DNA of 64,000 nucleotides. Origin: Phyllosticta citribraziliensis. Its lineage: Eukaryota. The notes beneath the pieces are model-generated. The model ran no database searches and was not told where the DNA came from. It worked only from the letters and a program-made list of their open reading frames with translations. The position numbers and the translations under genes were made by a program. Positions 12,917 through 26,505 of the stretch are shown here, in pieces. Each line of letters starts with the position of its first letter. The first letter of the stretch is position 1. The stretch spans positions 1,860,001 through 1,924,000 of the forward strand of contig NW_027117340.1 in NCBI RefSeq assembly GCF_038025025.1, in the 5' to 3' direction.

Positions 12917-15900
12917 AAGCGTTTTCCAACAACGAAGTTTTAACATGGCTTCTGGTTGCACATGACGGATGGAGATATGGGACTCATTTCATGTAACGGT
13001 CAACTGTTTAGGGGATTTGTGTAATTTGGCTTATCCACCGTAGTGTACCCGCTCAATGACGCGGCAATAGATTGTACCTGCTTAACCTCTCCCCTTCCTC
13101 TCCCGCCGCCCCACTGCGGCTATGGCTCTTCGGATCCTGTTGCCACTACTGATTTCACAGAGCCAACAGCGAGCAGCAAGGCCTCCCCCCTACATCCTTA
13201 CACTAAGTATTATGAAAAAGAAATCACCAAAACTTAGAGGGTCGCCCGACTCACGTCATCCATACACATCGTCCTCCCTCTCAATGCCGCCTCTCCGCAT
13301 TAACCTTCAAGCGTAAAAGCAAGCAGTGATGCGGGACTTCCGCGCAGTTGGTTCCCGTCCAGTGCAGCAAGGCTGGGCAACATGCATATTCATGACGTGT
13401 ACGAGCTGCTTTCTGGGCGGTGCATTGCAGGGCGGGCGGGCAGTCGGGGATCACGACTGGGGTGACCAATTCTTCGCTCGATGAACACGATGGTGGAGGC
13501 AGACGGATGACAGGGAATTGAAAGAGTGGGCAAGGCGCGGAAGCGTTTGGACAGACGGGGACAACGGTAGACGGGGCGCCAGGGTAGGAGGAGGAGCAGT
13601 AGCAGCGAACATACGTCAGCGACGGACTGCCAATGAGAAGAGAAAGTTTTTTTCAGTGAAGCTTGAACACGACTGTGTTGTGAGCCTCGCGCGAGAAGCA
13701 TCTTGCTAACCGCTTGTTAGGATTGGGCTGCATGGACGGCGAGTGAGGCATCTAGTTTTTTTTGAATTACATTCCCCACTCCAAACCGCCTTGGTCGATG
13801 AAAGTTGAGAGCAAAATTGATTGAACGGCTCGATGCAGTGGAAACCGTGCTTTTTGCGGCTGATGATATGCAGTGATGGACTTCTCCAACCGCTCCATGC
13901 ACACATGCGCTTACAGAGCGCAGCAACTCGTCAAATCAAGCGCTGCGCAAGTGGCAAACGATGGAGAAGCCGAGCAAACGCGCAACCTCCGGAAATATCC
14001 GTCTGGGCTTACCCAGGGAGACGGAATGCGGTTGTCAGGGTTGAGGGAAGAGGAACATGGGACGCATTGGGTTTAGCGGCACTTCCGCGCTGGGTCGGAC
14101 GGGGCCCTGCCTTTTGGGCAGCAGCGCCCGAGAGAGGCATGAGGCGCCGTCTCATCCGGCAACTGTACGCTCGCGCGGGTCGAGAGTCTGCTTAATCGCC
14201 AGCCGGTTTTGAATCTGTGAGCCGACGAGGTTGGAGCGCTGTTGCGACACGGCCATTGTCGTCCGTGACGAGAGTTTTGCTGATGCCGGAGGCAGTGCTG
14301 CCCACTGCCGATGGTGCTCGATGACCTGAGCTACATGCAGCCCGTTCGGCTTGGCCATCAGCTGGGCTTCAGAGTCTCGGGCGTCGCGCCTTGCAACGGT
14401 GCAGAATCGAGCTGCTCGGCGCTGTTCAACACGGACTCTTGTCTTCGAGAAGCCTGCTTCGCTGTCTCTCGGCGTACATGTCTTCGGGAAGTTACTCCCT
14501 CGCGGCATCCAAAGTCCGATAGCGCGTCGTGCGATTTCTCACTGCTTGCGGCCGGCCCACGAATGAACCCATCTTGATCATCAGGCGAGACGCGGAAAGT
14601 CAACGTTGGTTTCGAGCGGTACCTGCGCGACAGCTCGGACGGGTCCTGCGGATGCTGCGTTGGAGCAAGGAAAACAAACAGGGAGGCAGGCATTGCAGGT
14701 CGAAGGAATCAGTATTGGAATCCTCCATCTCCCAGACCCACGAAAAGCAAACGCAGCCTGTTTCCCCCCAACTCTGTCAGTGTCGCATCGCTGAGTTCTT
14801 CTAGCAGATACCACCATTTTGCCCGAACCGACCTCATTGTTCGACCCAGGCGCTTTTTTGGCGCTTTCAGGAGAATTGCAGAAGCGCGCAAACATCAGTC
14901 CAAGGCTATCGGTCATGGGTGGATTGAAAGCAACTCGACATGCTCATCGTACTCCTCGGAACAGAGGGCTTCCAATATCGATGAACACGCATGTTTGGGT
15001 CCAAGGCCGGCTGCAGCTAGACTTTCCTCATCAGGTTAGCCCATTTTGTGTCAGCTGTCCACTACTGCACTACTGCATCTTGGACCGAAGAGTCAAGGGT
15101 CCTCCTCTCTGTCCCAGGTGGCCCGTGAAGATGACACGGCTATGATGCTCATTTGAGGAGCATTCCATTCTGCCTTGCGACAGCTTGACAGCCGCGTTGC
15201 AGGCGCGATCTATCGCTGTGCAGGAAACACGCAAGCTGAGGATGGTCGTGGTCTTCGACAAAGCACGCTGTCTCACGAGCTTCTCAGACAATCTGTGTTC
15301 GGTTGCGGAAAATGAGGGCTCCAGCGACCACAATACCTGCCATTCTGGTCGAAAGCTCATTAGCTCTTCCGACCGGCCGCCCATCTGCGGGCGAGACCAG
15401 AGAACCACACCCAGCTCTTGAGGCGCTATCGGTTGTTCTAGAAGCTCCTGCGCCGAGCGATACGTTCAGCTTTTATGTCGCGACGGTTCTTCTGAGTCGA
15501 CTCTGGAGATGGCTCCGCTCTTGACTCATTCGCTGTTCACCCTCTCGGCTATGGTGGCAAGGCCATTACTTTTCATTTGTCTAGAGCAATGTAAATATCG
15601 GGACGGACCGCCGCTGCCTCCCACCTGCAGGAGATTGACACGACCCGAAGCGTCGCCAGCCGGCCGGGCTGGACTTTCTTGCCATCTATTTCGCCCATAT
15701 CACTTTCGCTATCGTCAGAACGTCGAACATCATGTGTGTTCAAGAAAGGGCGCGAGACCTTCTGTCCAACTTATCGTACTCGTAATCCTGTCGCAATAGT
15801 CACGGAAACTTGATTCGACCTGTAGACCATCCACGCGGCCGACGCCAATCAATGAAGCTAACGTAAAGGGGAAGACGAGGGCCCAGGTGGCTTTCCTAGG

Positions 15901-16365
15901 TACCAAGCAAACCTATCCAATTAAAAAGTGGACGGAGGGGAGCGAGCGGGACGATTGGTTCGAACAAGATTCTGCCAACGTAGAGTGTTCAGAGCCTTAC
16001 TGGCACAGCTTTCATCCGTGGATGCAACGGGCATAGTTCCAGCGCCTCGCCACAGGGCTCTGGGGGCAGAGCAGTGTCGCTCCAGCTCCAGCCTTCCGCG
16101 GAGGAGCCGTGTTCATCGACTGAGATCCTTTAAGGTCGCCTTGGTCTTTTGGAATCAGTGGTCCATGGCAGAAGACGTCTTTTGGTAAAATCCCTTTCCT
16201 TTTGGTTGCGTGTGGCCCCATTGACCCCAATCCGCTCTCTCCCCCCCTCTCTCTCCAGTAATCCCCAGCTTCCACGTCCTTCTTCTCCTCTCCTTCATAC
16301 ACACGCTCTTCACAGTCTACACTCCTTGGACTCTAATTATCGCGTACCGACTACCTCTGCCCGTC

Positions 16366-17712
16366 ATGGCGAACAGAGGTGACAAGCTCATGGGAGCGGC
16401 ATACTTCTTCCTGGTCCTTTGCACGTTGCTTGTGTGCCTGCGATCCTACACGCGGGCATTTGTAGTGCGGAACTTTGGCTGGGACGATGGGTTAATGGTT
16501 CTGGCCTTGGTGAGTTGTCCGAGAAGGATGGGTTGCTCCGCAAAGCGTGGTGACTGACGCTGCTCGCAGGTTGTCTATTTCATCTTTGTCGCCTTTCTGA
16601 AATTAGGAACGCATTATGGGATCGGAAAACACCTACTTGAAATCCAACCCCCAATCAACGTTGTCCCGGCAATCAAGGTAGGCAATTTTCTGGATTCATG
16701 GAGCCTCCCCATCTGACATCTTTTGCAGTATTTGAGCATGTTCGAAATGGCGTACATCTGGTTGAACGGAATCATCAAGCTGTCCATCAGCTCGACCCTG
16801 CTTCGGCTGGTGGTGCAGCGCCGATACGTCTATTTCCTTTACTGCTCCATGATTGCCAACATCATTGTGACGATCACAAGCTTCTGCCTCTTTCTGCTGC
16901 ACTGTCGGCCAGTTGCGTACGCATGGGAGCAGGTACTACCGCACAAGGAGGGCAAGTGCTTCAGTTGGACGGCGCTGGTGGTCATTGGCTACTCGGTGTG
17001 CGCGGCAACCATCGTCCTCGACGTCGTGTACGCGACGCTGCCGTGGATCATGTTTTGGAACTTGAACATGCCGCGCAAGACCAAAGGCGCACTCATGTTC
17101 GTTCTTAGTCTTGGTGTCAGGTAAGTCGAGAAGTCGGGGAGTTCTTAGAAGCCATGTCACTGACAAGACCTAGTGCTGCCGTTGTAAACATTATCCGCAT
17201 CAAATACGTCAAGACGCTCGGAGACAAACATGACCCGCTTTGTAAGACGACTCACTTAATTCATCCGACTGGCGGATACTGATCGTTTTGCAGGGCTCAT
17301 CGCGCCAGCTCTCTTCCTGACGGTAATAGAAGTCGGCCTGGGTATGACGGCGTCCTGTCTGGCCTCGCTGCGGCCATTCCTACGCAAGCTCAACTTCGTC
17401 GGCTTCGAGTCGCAAAACGACAGCAGCCGCGCCAACGCGAAGAAGACGCTGCAGTCAAGGACTGGTGGTGCCACCATGAACCGCAACTCGGAGGTGTACC
17501 AGCTCGACGGCGGCTCGGCGTGCGGCAAAAACCTGACCGTCACTGAGACGGTGCGCTCGCAGAGCGGCACCAGTGACGACGACGAAGCGACGCTGGCCGG
17601 CGACCAAGGCAATGCCAACGTCATCAAGGTCACAAAGGCCTTTTCAGTGCGCGAGCAGCATAGCCATGCGTCGTCGTCTTCGGCCGCCTCATCCCCCCAT
17701 GGCTCGATATGA
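16366..17712 (+). CDS. PTH11-like (fungal rhodopsin-domain) integral membrane protein without CFEM, 5 exons
   Basis: LRSYTRAFVVRNFGWDDGLM, YGIGKH, IKLSISSTLLRL, CRPVAYAW, LPWIMFWNLNMPRKTK, IEVGLGMTASCLASLRPF. Introns approx. 16510-16570, 16678-16728, 17120-17173 and 17242-17293. Confidence 0.85.
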
Positions 17713-18271
17713 TGAAGTATGGACGGGAGAAACGAAATTGACGACTTGTTCTGCGCTTCTGGCATGGGGAGGCGTTTGGATTTTGGACGACGACATGGGA
17801 TACGAATACTGAGACGACTATTCCTGGATTACTTTGAGCTTGAGCGCGCGTTTTGTGGGAATTCGTGTGGCTTTAGATTCGATGGCGTCTCGTTGGATAT
17901 GGCAGCATGAGCAAAGGTCTGGCGGACGTGTGTACGTTAGAGATGAATGTTCAGCAATATGAATTGACATGGATATCTGCAACAACCTTTGAATCGGGCA
18001 ACTCTTTTTTCTTGTGTCGGTTTACATTGTGCAGCAACTTGAGACATTCTTCCGGCGGGTTCGAGAGTCATATGCCGCCGTGGGTCCTTACTCCTCCTTC
18101 GCGATTGTCCTCCGCTCCCTTGGCTTGTCCAGGTCTTCGTACACAGCAACAAGTGACTGCTCCGTAAGCGCAGCTAAGACAGCGAATGAACGCGCCCTAA
18201 GCACACTCGAAGTGCCAGATTTCTTTCTCTTTTTTCTCTTTCTTTCTTTTTCAACGCCCACTAGGGCTCTC

Positions 18272-19402
18272 CTACGGCAGAATTGCCACAGTCTCGTCCG
18301 TTTGAGCCACCCTCGCCGCCTCAAACGCCTCTCTCCATTGCTCCAACCCAAACGTTGCTCCCACGCGCAGTCCACCCCTTTTACTCAATGACAGCAGCCC
18401 GGACTCGACCAGTCTCAAGAAGCCAGCAATCTGATCCCGCGTATACATCCAGGTCCCCTTCATGCTGAGACCCCGCACCATAAAGTCTTCATATGCAAAC
18501 GACACGTCGGATGGCAATCCACCCATCAAGCTGATCCTCCCTCCATTCCGCAGCGCCGCAATTCCGGATTTGAAGTGCGTTGAACCAGCAGCCATGGGCG
18601 GCGAAATGTCGAAAAAGGCATCTGCGAGACCCCAAGCTCGCAATGCGGCAGCGTCGGCCTCCATGTCGCCGGTGATCTTGACTGTGCTGACCCGCCCGTC
18701 GAGTTCGCGCAGCTGCTTGAGTGCTCCCTCGTTGCGACCCATGGCGATAACGCGGCCAGCACCCATGGCCAACGCAACTCGCACGGCTGCGCTACTGAAT
18801 TGACCTGTCGCTGGCGCAATGATGATCGTCTCGCCCGGCTTGAGACCAATGTCGTCGAGCCCACCGTACGGAACAAGCAGGCGGAACATGTGCGTCAAGT
18901 CCTCAACGCGATATCCCAAGCCGCCGGCAGACGGCTCGCCCAAGAGCCGGGTCTCGTTCAACGGAATGCAGTTCTCGAGGGGGAACTTGCAGTACTGGGC
19001 GTAGGTCGAGTCGCGCCACTCGCCGTGCATCAGCTTGGCGCTGGCCTCGGTGAAGCCCTGGACTATGCCAGACAGCATGACAGCAGAGCTATTGTCACGG
19101 CCGCGGATCGTGCACTCGAGGAGAACCAGCGTGCCTGGCGTGAGTGTCGTTGCGTCGGGTCCGACGGCGACTACGCGGCCTATCGCAGTGCATCCAGGCA
19201 CCATTGGCATGGGAAACGGGTATTGTCTCTTGCCATTGTAAAGGTCGCCCGAGTAGGAGATGACGGCAGATGCAAGGACTTGCACAACGGCGCTTCCCGG
19301 GCCCGGTTGGGGTGTTGGAACCGTCTTGACTTGCAACGGCTCCTCTGTGGATTCCAACTGGAGAACGCGGTGGGTTTCGGGAAGCTGGATCGCTGCGGCC
19401 AT
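18272..19402 (-). CDS. Medium-chain dehydrogenase/reductase (GroES-like alcohol dehydrogenase family), intronless
   Basis: 376-aa ORF with PTPQPGPGSAVVQV, PGCTAIGRVVAVGPD, GLKPGETIIIAPATGQF and ALRNGGRISLMG. Confidence 0.85.
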   Translation of the reverse strand: MAAAIQLPETHRVLQLESTEEPLQVKTVPTPQPGPGSAVVQVLASAVISYSGDLYNGKRQYPFPMPMVPGCTAIGRVVAVGPDATTLTPGTLVLLECTIRGRDNSSAVMLSGIVQGFTEASAKLMHGEWRDSTYAQYCKFPLENCIPLNETRLLGEPSAGGLGYRVEDLTHMFRLLVPYGGLDDIGLKPGETIIIAPATGQFSSAAVRVALAMGAGRVIAMGRNEGALKQLRELDGRVSTVKITGDMEADAAALRAWGLADAFFDISPPMAAGSTHFKSGIAALRNGGRISLMGGLPSDVSFAYEDFMVRGLSMKGTWMYTRDQIAGFLRLVESGLLSLSKRGGLRVGATFGLEQWREAFEAARVAQTDETVAILP

Positions 19403-20130
19403 GACTATTGTTCTTTACGTTGAAGAGGAAGAATGCTTCTTGTACGAACATCGATCGAGGGGCTGACTTGTGCTGTCCAGATGGCTGTCTGCACGATGTT
19501 TTATGTGGGCTCGGGTGGGGAACCATGCGTACGTCACCCGGTGGCCACGGCCCCATGGCCGCCTCAGGGGACGTTCGTGGACCCATCATTCAACACAAGA
19601 CCCTAACAAGCGAGTGTCGTTCTCGATGAACGGAACTGCCCAGGGGATCGGTCAAATGTCGTGAAATTGTAGGTTGGGCATGGGTTAGAGAAAACGAACG
19701 GAAGGAAGACGTCACTTCTGCTGGCAAATCTCGGCCCGTCTTCGTCTGGTTGACCGCCTACCCTGACCTCCACCCACCAAGGCTTGGTGACAAAGGCCGT
19801 GACACACAAATCCCGAGTATCTGCGAATTGGTGATGGAGCTCTGGTGTAAGGTGGCTTGAAGGCTCCTCCTCAGCTGTATGTTGAAGCGGACGAATACCT
19901 CCTCATTGCTCTCCCACTTGTTTATCCTGGGCAAGGATCCTTGGGGGCATTCAAACGACCAGAATCAAAGCCTTTTCCATTTTTCCGATTCATACCTGTC
20001 TCAGGAAGCTACTCTCAAGCAGTCGCAACACTGCTCATGATGATCCCTCGAAGCATTCAACCGATGACCCGTCATCCCCGAAAACCCTTTTGTTCGACCC
20101 ACGACAAGTGATTCACAGGGCAATCCGACC

Positions 20131-21050
20131 TCAACGATGGTGGCGGCACATGATGAAGTCAACCTCTCTGTCGGACAGTATGCGGCCAGAATAGTCGCGC
20201 TCGTCGCCGGCAGGAGAATTACGCCTTGGAGGGGGATTTTGGCGGGGCTAAAGAGACAGGTTAGTGACGGAGTCCACGGCTGTGTGTGCTCAGTAATCGA
20301 GCGAGACTCACCTTTGGCTGATCCTCTTCTTCGAAGCGTTTGGCGAGCTGGGGATGCGCCTTGCACAGAGATTCGAGCTGCCAAAGAAAGACCTAGAAGA
20401 TGCTCAGCTCAACTGACTGTCCACTCGGCCTGAGGACTTTCACCTACCTGATCCAGGTTGTTGCGGCGGCGCGTCAAGGCCATCTTTTCAATGAGGCGGT
20501 TGACCATGCCGCAGTCTCGCGGGAGTGTCAGAATCACGTAGCTCGCGTCGTCGAAGCTCCAAGGAGCCCTTTCAAAGCTGTCGATGCGCATGTTGAGCAG
20601 TCCACCAATGGTGGTGAGGACTTCAGTGATCTCGAGGTACAAGGCAGCTTGGTAGACGAGGACGTTTTGCTTGAACTCATCTTTCCTTTTGATCGCTATA
20701 CTTGCAGTCAGCCAACGCCAGATTCCGCCTGAATACGAGGACTTGCGCATGAAATCGGCGGCTTCGCAGGTGCGAGGGATCCACGCCATTATGTAGCGCA
20801 GTGCGCCAAGCGCGACGTTGCCGGGAGGGATTTGCAAGTTGGTGTGCTCGTGACTGACGAGCAGCTGGCTCGCCAGGTTCGAAAAGGCCTTGAGCGCGTT
20901 GCGCGGACATTCGACGACCGCGCGTTGCATGCCGTCATCGGTCAAGAGCAGCTCAATCGTGGCCTTTGGGCCTCTGGTGAGAGCAGATCGCTCTCTGCGA
21001 GGCAACTCACGGACTGGTCCTTCTTGACGTGGTGGGCGCGGGGGAAGCAT
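20131..21050 (-). CDS. Hypothetical protein, possibly with a divergent BTB/POZ-like domain; multi-exon
   Basis: ATG at 21050. Introns 20746-20696 (GC-AG), 20447-20393 and 20311-20248 keep one frame to TGA at 20133-20131. The BTB resemblance (PRNALKAFS, ALRYIMAWI, VYQAALYLEI) is by eye only. Confidence 0.6.
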
Positions 21051-21997
21051 ACTTGTAGTTGGACGTGGCAAGGTGGAAGTTTGATTGTAAGGTTGATGTA
21101 GAAGGATGAGTGGTGGTGATGGTAAGCGTCAGGTTGACGCCAGAAAAGTGTTAACAATTATCCCGGAGGCACATGTCAAATGGTGAGCAACGGAAGTACG
21201 CCGCGAGAGGCGTTTATATGGATCACGTGGAACCTGACGTGGTGAATGAGCCATTTGCCAGTGAATTTCATGGCGGACCTGTTTTTAGTGTTGCTCCTGG
21301 GCAGAAAGAAACGGATGAGGGAAGGGAGAATTCCATACCCAGCAATGGAAAGGTAATGTAGTGTGGTTCCGGGTCATCCAACTGAGGAGCATTCGATCAC
21401 CAGGACTGGTGAGATTACAGCTGTATATGGCATGACTTCCTTGGTGAACCGAGCCTACATCTTGCTGTGTTGTCCAGAAAGAGTAACCAAAGCTTGACGA
21501 GTTGTCGGTGGGCATTTCGAGGACCCCTCTCTGCTTTGGCTAGAAAGAGCTTCTATCCCTTTCTCAGCTTCATTTAATGGAGGAGTGAAGAAATATAACA
21601 AGGACAAAGCTCCAGTTTTCAGGTGCAGTGGGTAAGCAGGGTGCAATACAGGCACGCGAGGCGTGGAAGGAGATATTCATCGCATTTGAACGGTAGAAAT
21701 GGCTTGGACAGAGATACATGCACTGTGTGCTTGCAGGAGCCACAGTCGAACCAGAGCAGGAATGTGGATGGGGTTGAAGTTGGAGAAAGCCATGAATGAG
21801 GAGGAGAAGGACAGCAAGACGGGCGAAGGGTTCCTGACGCGCTGGGGTGTCGAGTGGCGCCGGGCAATCATTCGGGCCGAAGCCATGCTCGATTCATGCT
21901 AGCTCGAAAGCCCCGACTCCTCTGACTCTTGCGCTAACAATTTCCAAACCCATCTTACAGACGTTTCCCACGCACCAGCAACAGGACCAATTCCAAA

Positions 21998-23013
21998 ATG
22001 GCCCCTTCGAAGCACCCCGTCAAAGTCGGAGACTATGTAGTCTTACCTCTCACCGTTCCACCAACCGAATCATACCCGACCGCGACTACGCACTATCTCT
22101 ACGTCCGCGCGCATTCGCCCAAAATTCCCGACAGCGACTCGCACCGCTCGCTCTTTGCCAGCAACCTTCCCTTCGACGCCTCGGAAAAGTCGTTGCGTAC
22201 ATTGTTCAGCGAAAATCTAGGGGGCGCAAGATTAGACCGTGTTGAGATTGAGGGTGCGCGACCGAAAAAGAACCAGCGCGGCGCAGCGCTCAGCGGATCA
22301 GGCAGCGGGACAACAAAAGCAGGCAAGAAGAGGAAGAGGGGTGCCGATGGGGATGCTACAGAAGTGGAATTGCCGCAGACGTGGGACAAGGAGCTTCTGA
22401 AGAGTGGGAGCAGTGCAGTGCTCGTGTTTGTGGACAAGGCGAGCGCGGACTTGGCTCTGAAGGAAGTTTCAAAGGTGGCCAAGAAGAAGAAGGAGGTGCA
22501 GTGGAAAGGAGAAGACGGGTTGGGTATCGAGCGTGAGTTTTTCGGTCTACACTTACTACTCAATGCTCACGCGCGCAGGATACCGTATCCATCACCACCT
22601 GACGTTTCCCCCTCGCGATTTGCTCCAGACTACAGTCAACTCTTTCCTTACAAGATGGGCCAATATGGAGGGCGCACGGGCAAGAGAGCTGGCCAAGCAA
22701 CGCAGCGTACCAGATGACGATGGATTCATTACTGTCACGAGAGGTGGTCGGGCTGGCCCGGCCCGGGTGGAAGAGGCACAGGCAGCAGCGGAGAAGCTCA
22801 AGGAAAAGCAAAAGCCACCAGAGAACTTCTACCGCTTCCAGACGCGCGAGAAGAAGAAGGAGACGGCCGAGAAGCTAAAGCGCGAGTTCCAAGAAGACAG
22901 GAAGAGGGTCGAGCGGATGCGGGCGTTCAAGGGAAAGATCAAGGTATGTCCAAGTCAGGGATACTGCCCTGGTGAGATGAGGCTGACTCTAGATTCTACA
23001 GCCGGAAAGCTGA
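21998..23013 (+). CDS. RRP7: Ribosomal RNA-processing protein 7, 3 exons
   Basis: THYLYVRAH, RSLFASNLPFD, SGSSAVLVFVD, PDDDGFITVTRGGR, FYRFQTREKKK. Introns 22533-22578 and 22944-23001; last exon encodes PES then TGA. Confidence 0.9.
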
Positions 23014-23570
23014 GCGGGTATTGGCTTGGCAGGGGGTGCGTACATTGGATGAATATAGAGCAGCAGCGCAGTTGTCGTATCGAAAAGAAGAAGGGGAGGC
23101 ACGTGGAGAATGTCTGGCCCAAGATTCGGTGGCTGTGCAAGGTGGCGCCCCGAAAGAAGGGGGCCAGAGCTGGCACAAGGGGTGGAGCATTGTGGTGCCA
23201 GCATACGAGAAGCCAGGCTACAGACAACTGCAAGGAAAAAATAGTTCAAGAAGGCCAATTGACCGAGACGCAGTCAAACTGATACTGCTTTTCTGCTACC
23301 GGATCCAGCAATGGTTGTGCAAGCAGACATGGCCTGTCGTCCTCGCAAGCGGCGTGGCTGGTCTCGCATCCCTGCAGGCGGTGAGCGGCGCTAGGCTAAT
23401 TTTAAGCACGCGCAGTCATGCATCATGGCTCTCTCTGTGGGGCTGGCTCAGTTGCACTGCACCCTCCCCTCCTTTAAACACGAACAGCTCCCCTCTTCTC
23501 TCTTCCATTATCTCAATTCACACACTCTCTCTCTCATTATACCCTTCTCCACCTCCACCTCACCTTCACA

Positions 23571-25203
23571 ATGGCCGCCGTCAAAGATCTTGCGCAAAAT
23601 GTCCTCGGCAAGCTGAACATTGGCTCGAGCGGTGCCCCGCCCAAGGAGCCTTCCGCAGGTAATAGTCTCGTCCTGTTTGCTTTGGCTCAGCTAACAGCTG
23701 TGCAGAGGAACTGCAGGCCCTCCGCGAAAAGTACACCAAGGCAGGCCAGGGCCAAGTCTTCACCTTTTATGACCAGCTCGACACTGCCGAGAAGGCTACC
23801 CTGTTCCAGCAGCTGTCCGGCTTCAACCCCGAGCACATCAACGAAATCACCAACCGCGCCCTCAACCCGCCCAAGACCGAGAGCGAAGATGCCACACCCA
23901 AATTCGAGCCGCTGCCCACGTCGGCTACATCGTCGGTGCTCGACTCAAAGCCTGAGGACTTGCAGAGGTGGTACGACCAGGGCCTCGAGCTCATTGCGGA
24001 AAACAAGGTGGCGGTGGTATTGATGGCTGGCGGCCAGGGAACGCGTCTGGGCAGCTCAGCACCCAAGGGTTGCTTCGACATCGGCTTGCCCAGCCACAAG
24101 TCGCTGTTCCAGCTCCAGGCAGAGCGCATCTGGAAGGTACAGCAGCTTGCCCAGAAGAAGCACAGCAAGGAAGAGGTTGTCGTTCCGTGGTACGTCATGA
24201 CCAGCGGACCGACCAGGGGTCCGACGGAGGAGTTTTTCGAAAAGCACAACTACTTTGGCCTGAAGAAGGACAATGTCATCATCTTCGAGCAGGGAGTGCT
24301 ACCTTGCATTTCCAACGACGGCAAGATCCTGTTGGAGAGCAAGGGCAAGGTCGCCGTCGCCCCTGATGGCAACGGAGGCATCTACCAGGCTCTCATTACC
24401 TCGTCAGTCGTCGCCGACATGGGCAAGAGGGGTGTCCAGCACGTCCACGCATACTGCGTCGACAACTGTCTGGTCAGGGTTGCTGACCCTACCTTCATCG
24501 GCTTCTCTGCGTCCAAGGACGTTGAGATTGCCACTAAGGTGGTCCGCAAGCGTGACGCCAAGGAGTCCGTCGGCCTCATCATGCAGAGAAACGGCAAGCC
24601 CGACGTGGTCGAGTACTCGGAAATCTCGTCTGAAATGGCCGAGGCCAAGGACTCGAACAACAAGGAGCTTCTCAAATTCCGTGCTGCCAACATCGTCAAC
24701 CACTACTACTCTTTCCGTTTCCTCGACAGCATCCCACAGTGGGCACACAAGCTGCCGCACCACGTTGCGCGCAAAAAGATCCCCAGCGTCAACATCGAGA
24801 GCGGCGAGACGGTCAAGCCGGAGAAGCCCAATGGCATCAAACTCGAGCAGTTTGTCTTCGACTGCTTCCCCTTCCTTCCCATGGACAAGTTTGCATGCAT
24901 GGAGGTGCGGCGTGAAGACGAGTTTTCGCCGCTCAAGAATGCGCGCGGGACGGGCGAGGATGATCCCGACACGAGCAAGAGGGACATTATGGACCAGGGC
25001 AAGAAGTGGGTGCAGGCTGCCGGCGGCGTCGTGACGAGTGAAAAGGAGGAGGAGGGTGTGGAGGTGTCGCCGCTCATCAGCTACGTAAGTAACACGCGAA
25101 GCGCGGACGAGCATTTGCTGACAGTGAGCAGGGTGGCGAAGGACTCGAATTCCTCAAGAACAGGACCATCAAGGCGCCGGCCGTCATTGAAAAGGAGGAC
25201 TAA
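23571..25203 (+). CDS. UAP1: UDP-N-acetylglucosamine pyrophosphorylase, 3 exons
   Basis: [65 protein letters not shown]. Introns 23659-23705 and 25085-25131. Confidence 0.96.
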
Positions 25204-25769
25204 GGTTGAGGTGATCGAGCGGTACGAAGTGGCGGGCGGCAAAGGCGGCACAACATGTACATGTCAAGCATATGAAGGGCAGATGAATGCACCAAAATAC
25301 CTGAGACGTTGGTGATATGGCGGCGAGTGATGAGACGAGTGGTTATGTGGCTAGCGGACCAGCATCTGAAGGGCTTACGGAGCTCGGGGGGCCGGTTGCT
25401 TGTAGATTGCCCAAAAGGGTGGGGGTGGTCGAGAGGGATCCCTGCGGACGACACGTGACAAAATGGGCTTTTGGGTTCCCTGTAGTCCGGTGGGCGGATC
25501 GAGCTCCCCGGATGGCTATCCCGTCTTGATTTGGCCGAGGTGGGCTGCAGTTGCATCTGCATGAGGTGGACTGCACGCAGCGAGCGCGCGCCACGGCCAA
25601 CGCAACGAAGCCGACGGGGGTGGGCGAGGCATGCTGAAAGCGGCAGCGCTGGCGACGAGGAGCTGAGCCTGGCTGTGTGGTCTGGCAGGAGTACCGTAGA
25701 GACAGGACAGGACAGGAGCGCCCGGCTGCACGACCGGACGCATCGTCATCCATCATCGGCAGTCACCCA

Positions 25770-25927
25770 GGTCAGGTCAGGTCAGGGCAGGGCAGGGCAG
25801 GGCGTGGTTCCTCTGTGGTGGACGTGGACCGTGTCAGGTCAAGACCAACCCAAGCGCTGTCGGGTCGGGTCAAGGTGGGTGAGGTGGGTGAGGTCCGGGT
25901 GGGTGTGGGTGTGGGTGTGGGTGTGGG
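25770..25927 (+). repeat. G-rich microsatellite cluster: (GGTCA)n, (GGGCA)4 and (GGGTGT)4+
   Basis: Directly visible tandem units. GGG tracts at 25785, 25790, 25795 and 25800, and at 25897, 25901, 25907, 25913, 25919 and 25925. Confidence 0.85.
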
Positions 25928-26505
25928 TCGGTGCGCAAGTCTCGCCCGGTGCGCTTGAAAAGAAGATCGACCCAAGCGACCCTCGCTCCTCTACCTACAA
26001 ATACCCACCGCTGCCCGAACCCCCCTCTTCCTGCGAGTTGCCGTTGCGTCGTTGTCCTTGTATACGAGAAGATTTGCTGAAGCTGTGAGTTTGTGCTTCC
26101 TTTCGCCTTCACTCGCCCTTTGCGCCGTGTCGAGCTGCGTCGCGTTGCGCTCGCCTTCTCACTTGCCGCGCCTCCTTCTGGCAAAATTTATCGCCGCTGA
26201 CCCTCTGCTCTTCCAGGCGCCGTTTTTCGCCGTTTGTCACCAAGGTACACCCAATTGTTCTCTCCGCCTCCCTCACAACTTCACTGGAGTCCTTCGACGC
26301 TGTTGCGCTCGCCATCTGCCGCCTGTCATGTCCATTACCCAAACGCCCCAACCTTCTTCGACCCTCCGCAACATGCGCCTCGACCCGCTAGCCACCCACC
26401 AATTCCAAGCCCAATTTGCACACCTTTTGGAGAGCCGGCAACCAAATCTTTCAAGTTCGAATTTCTGACTTGGGTGTGCCGCAGTTATACGAGGTTGAAA
26501 GCAGA

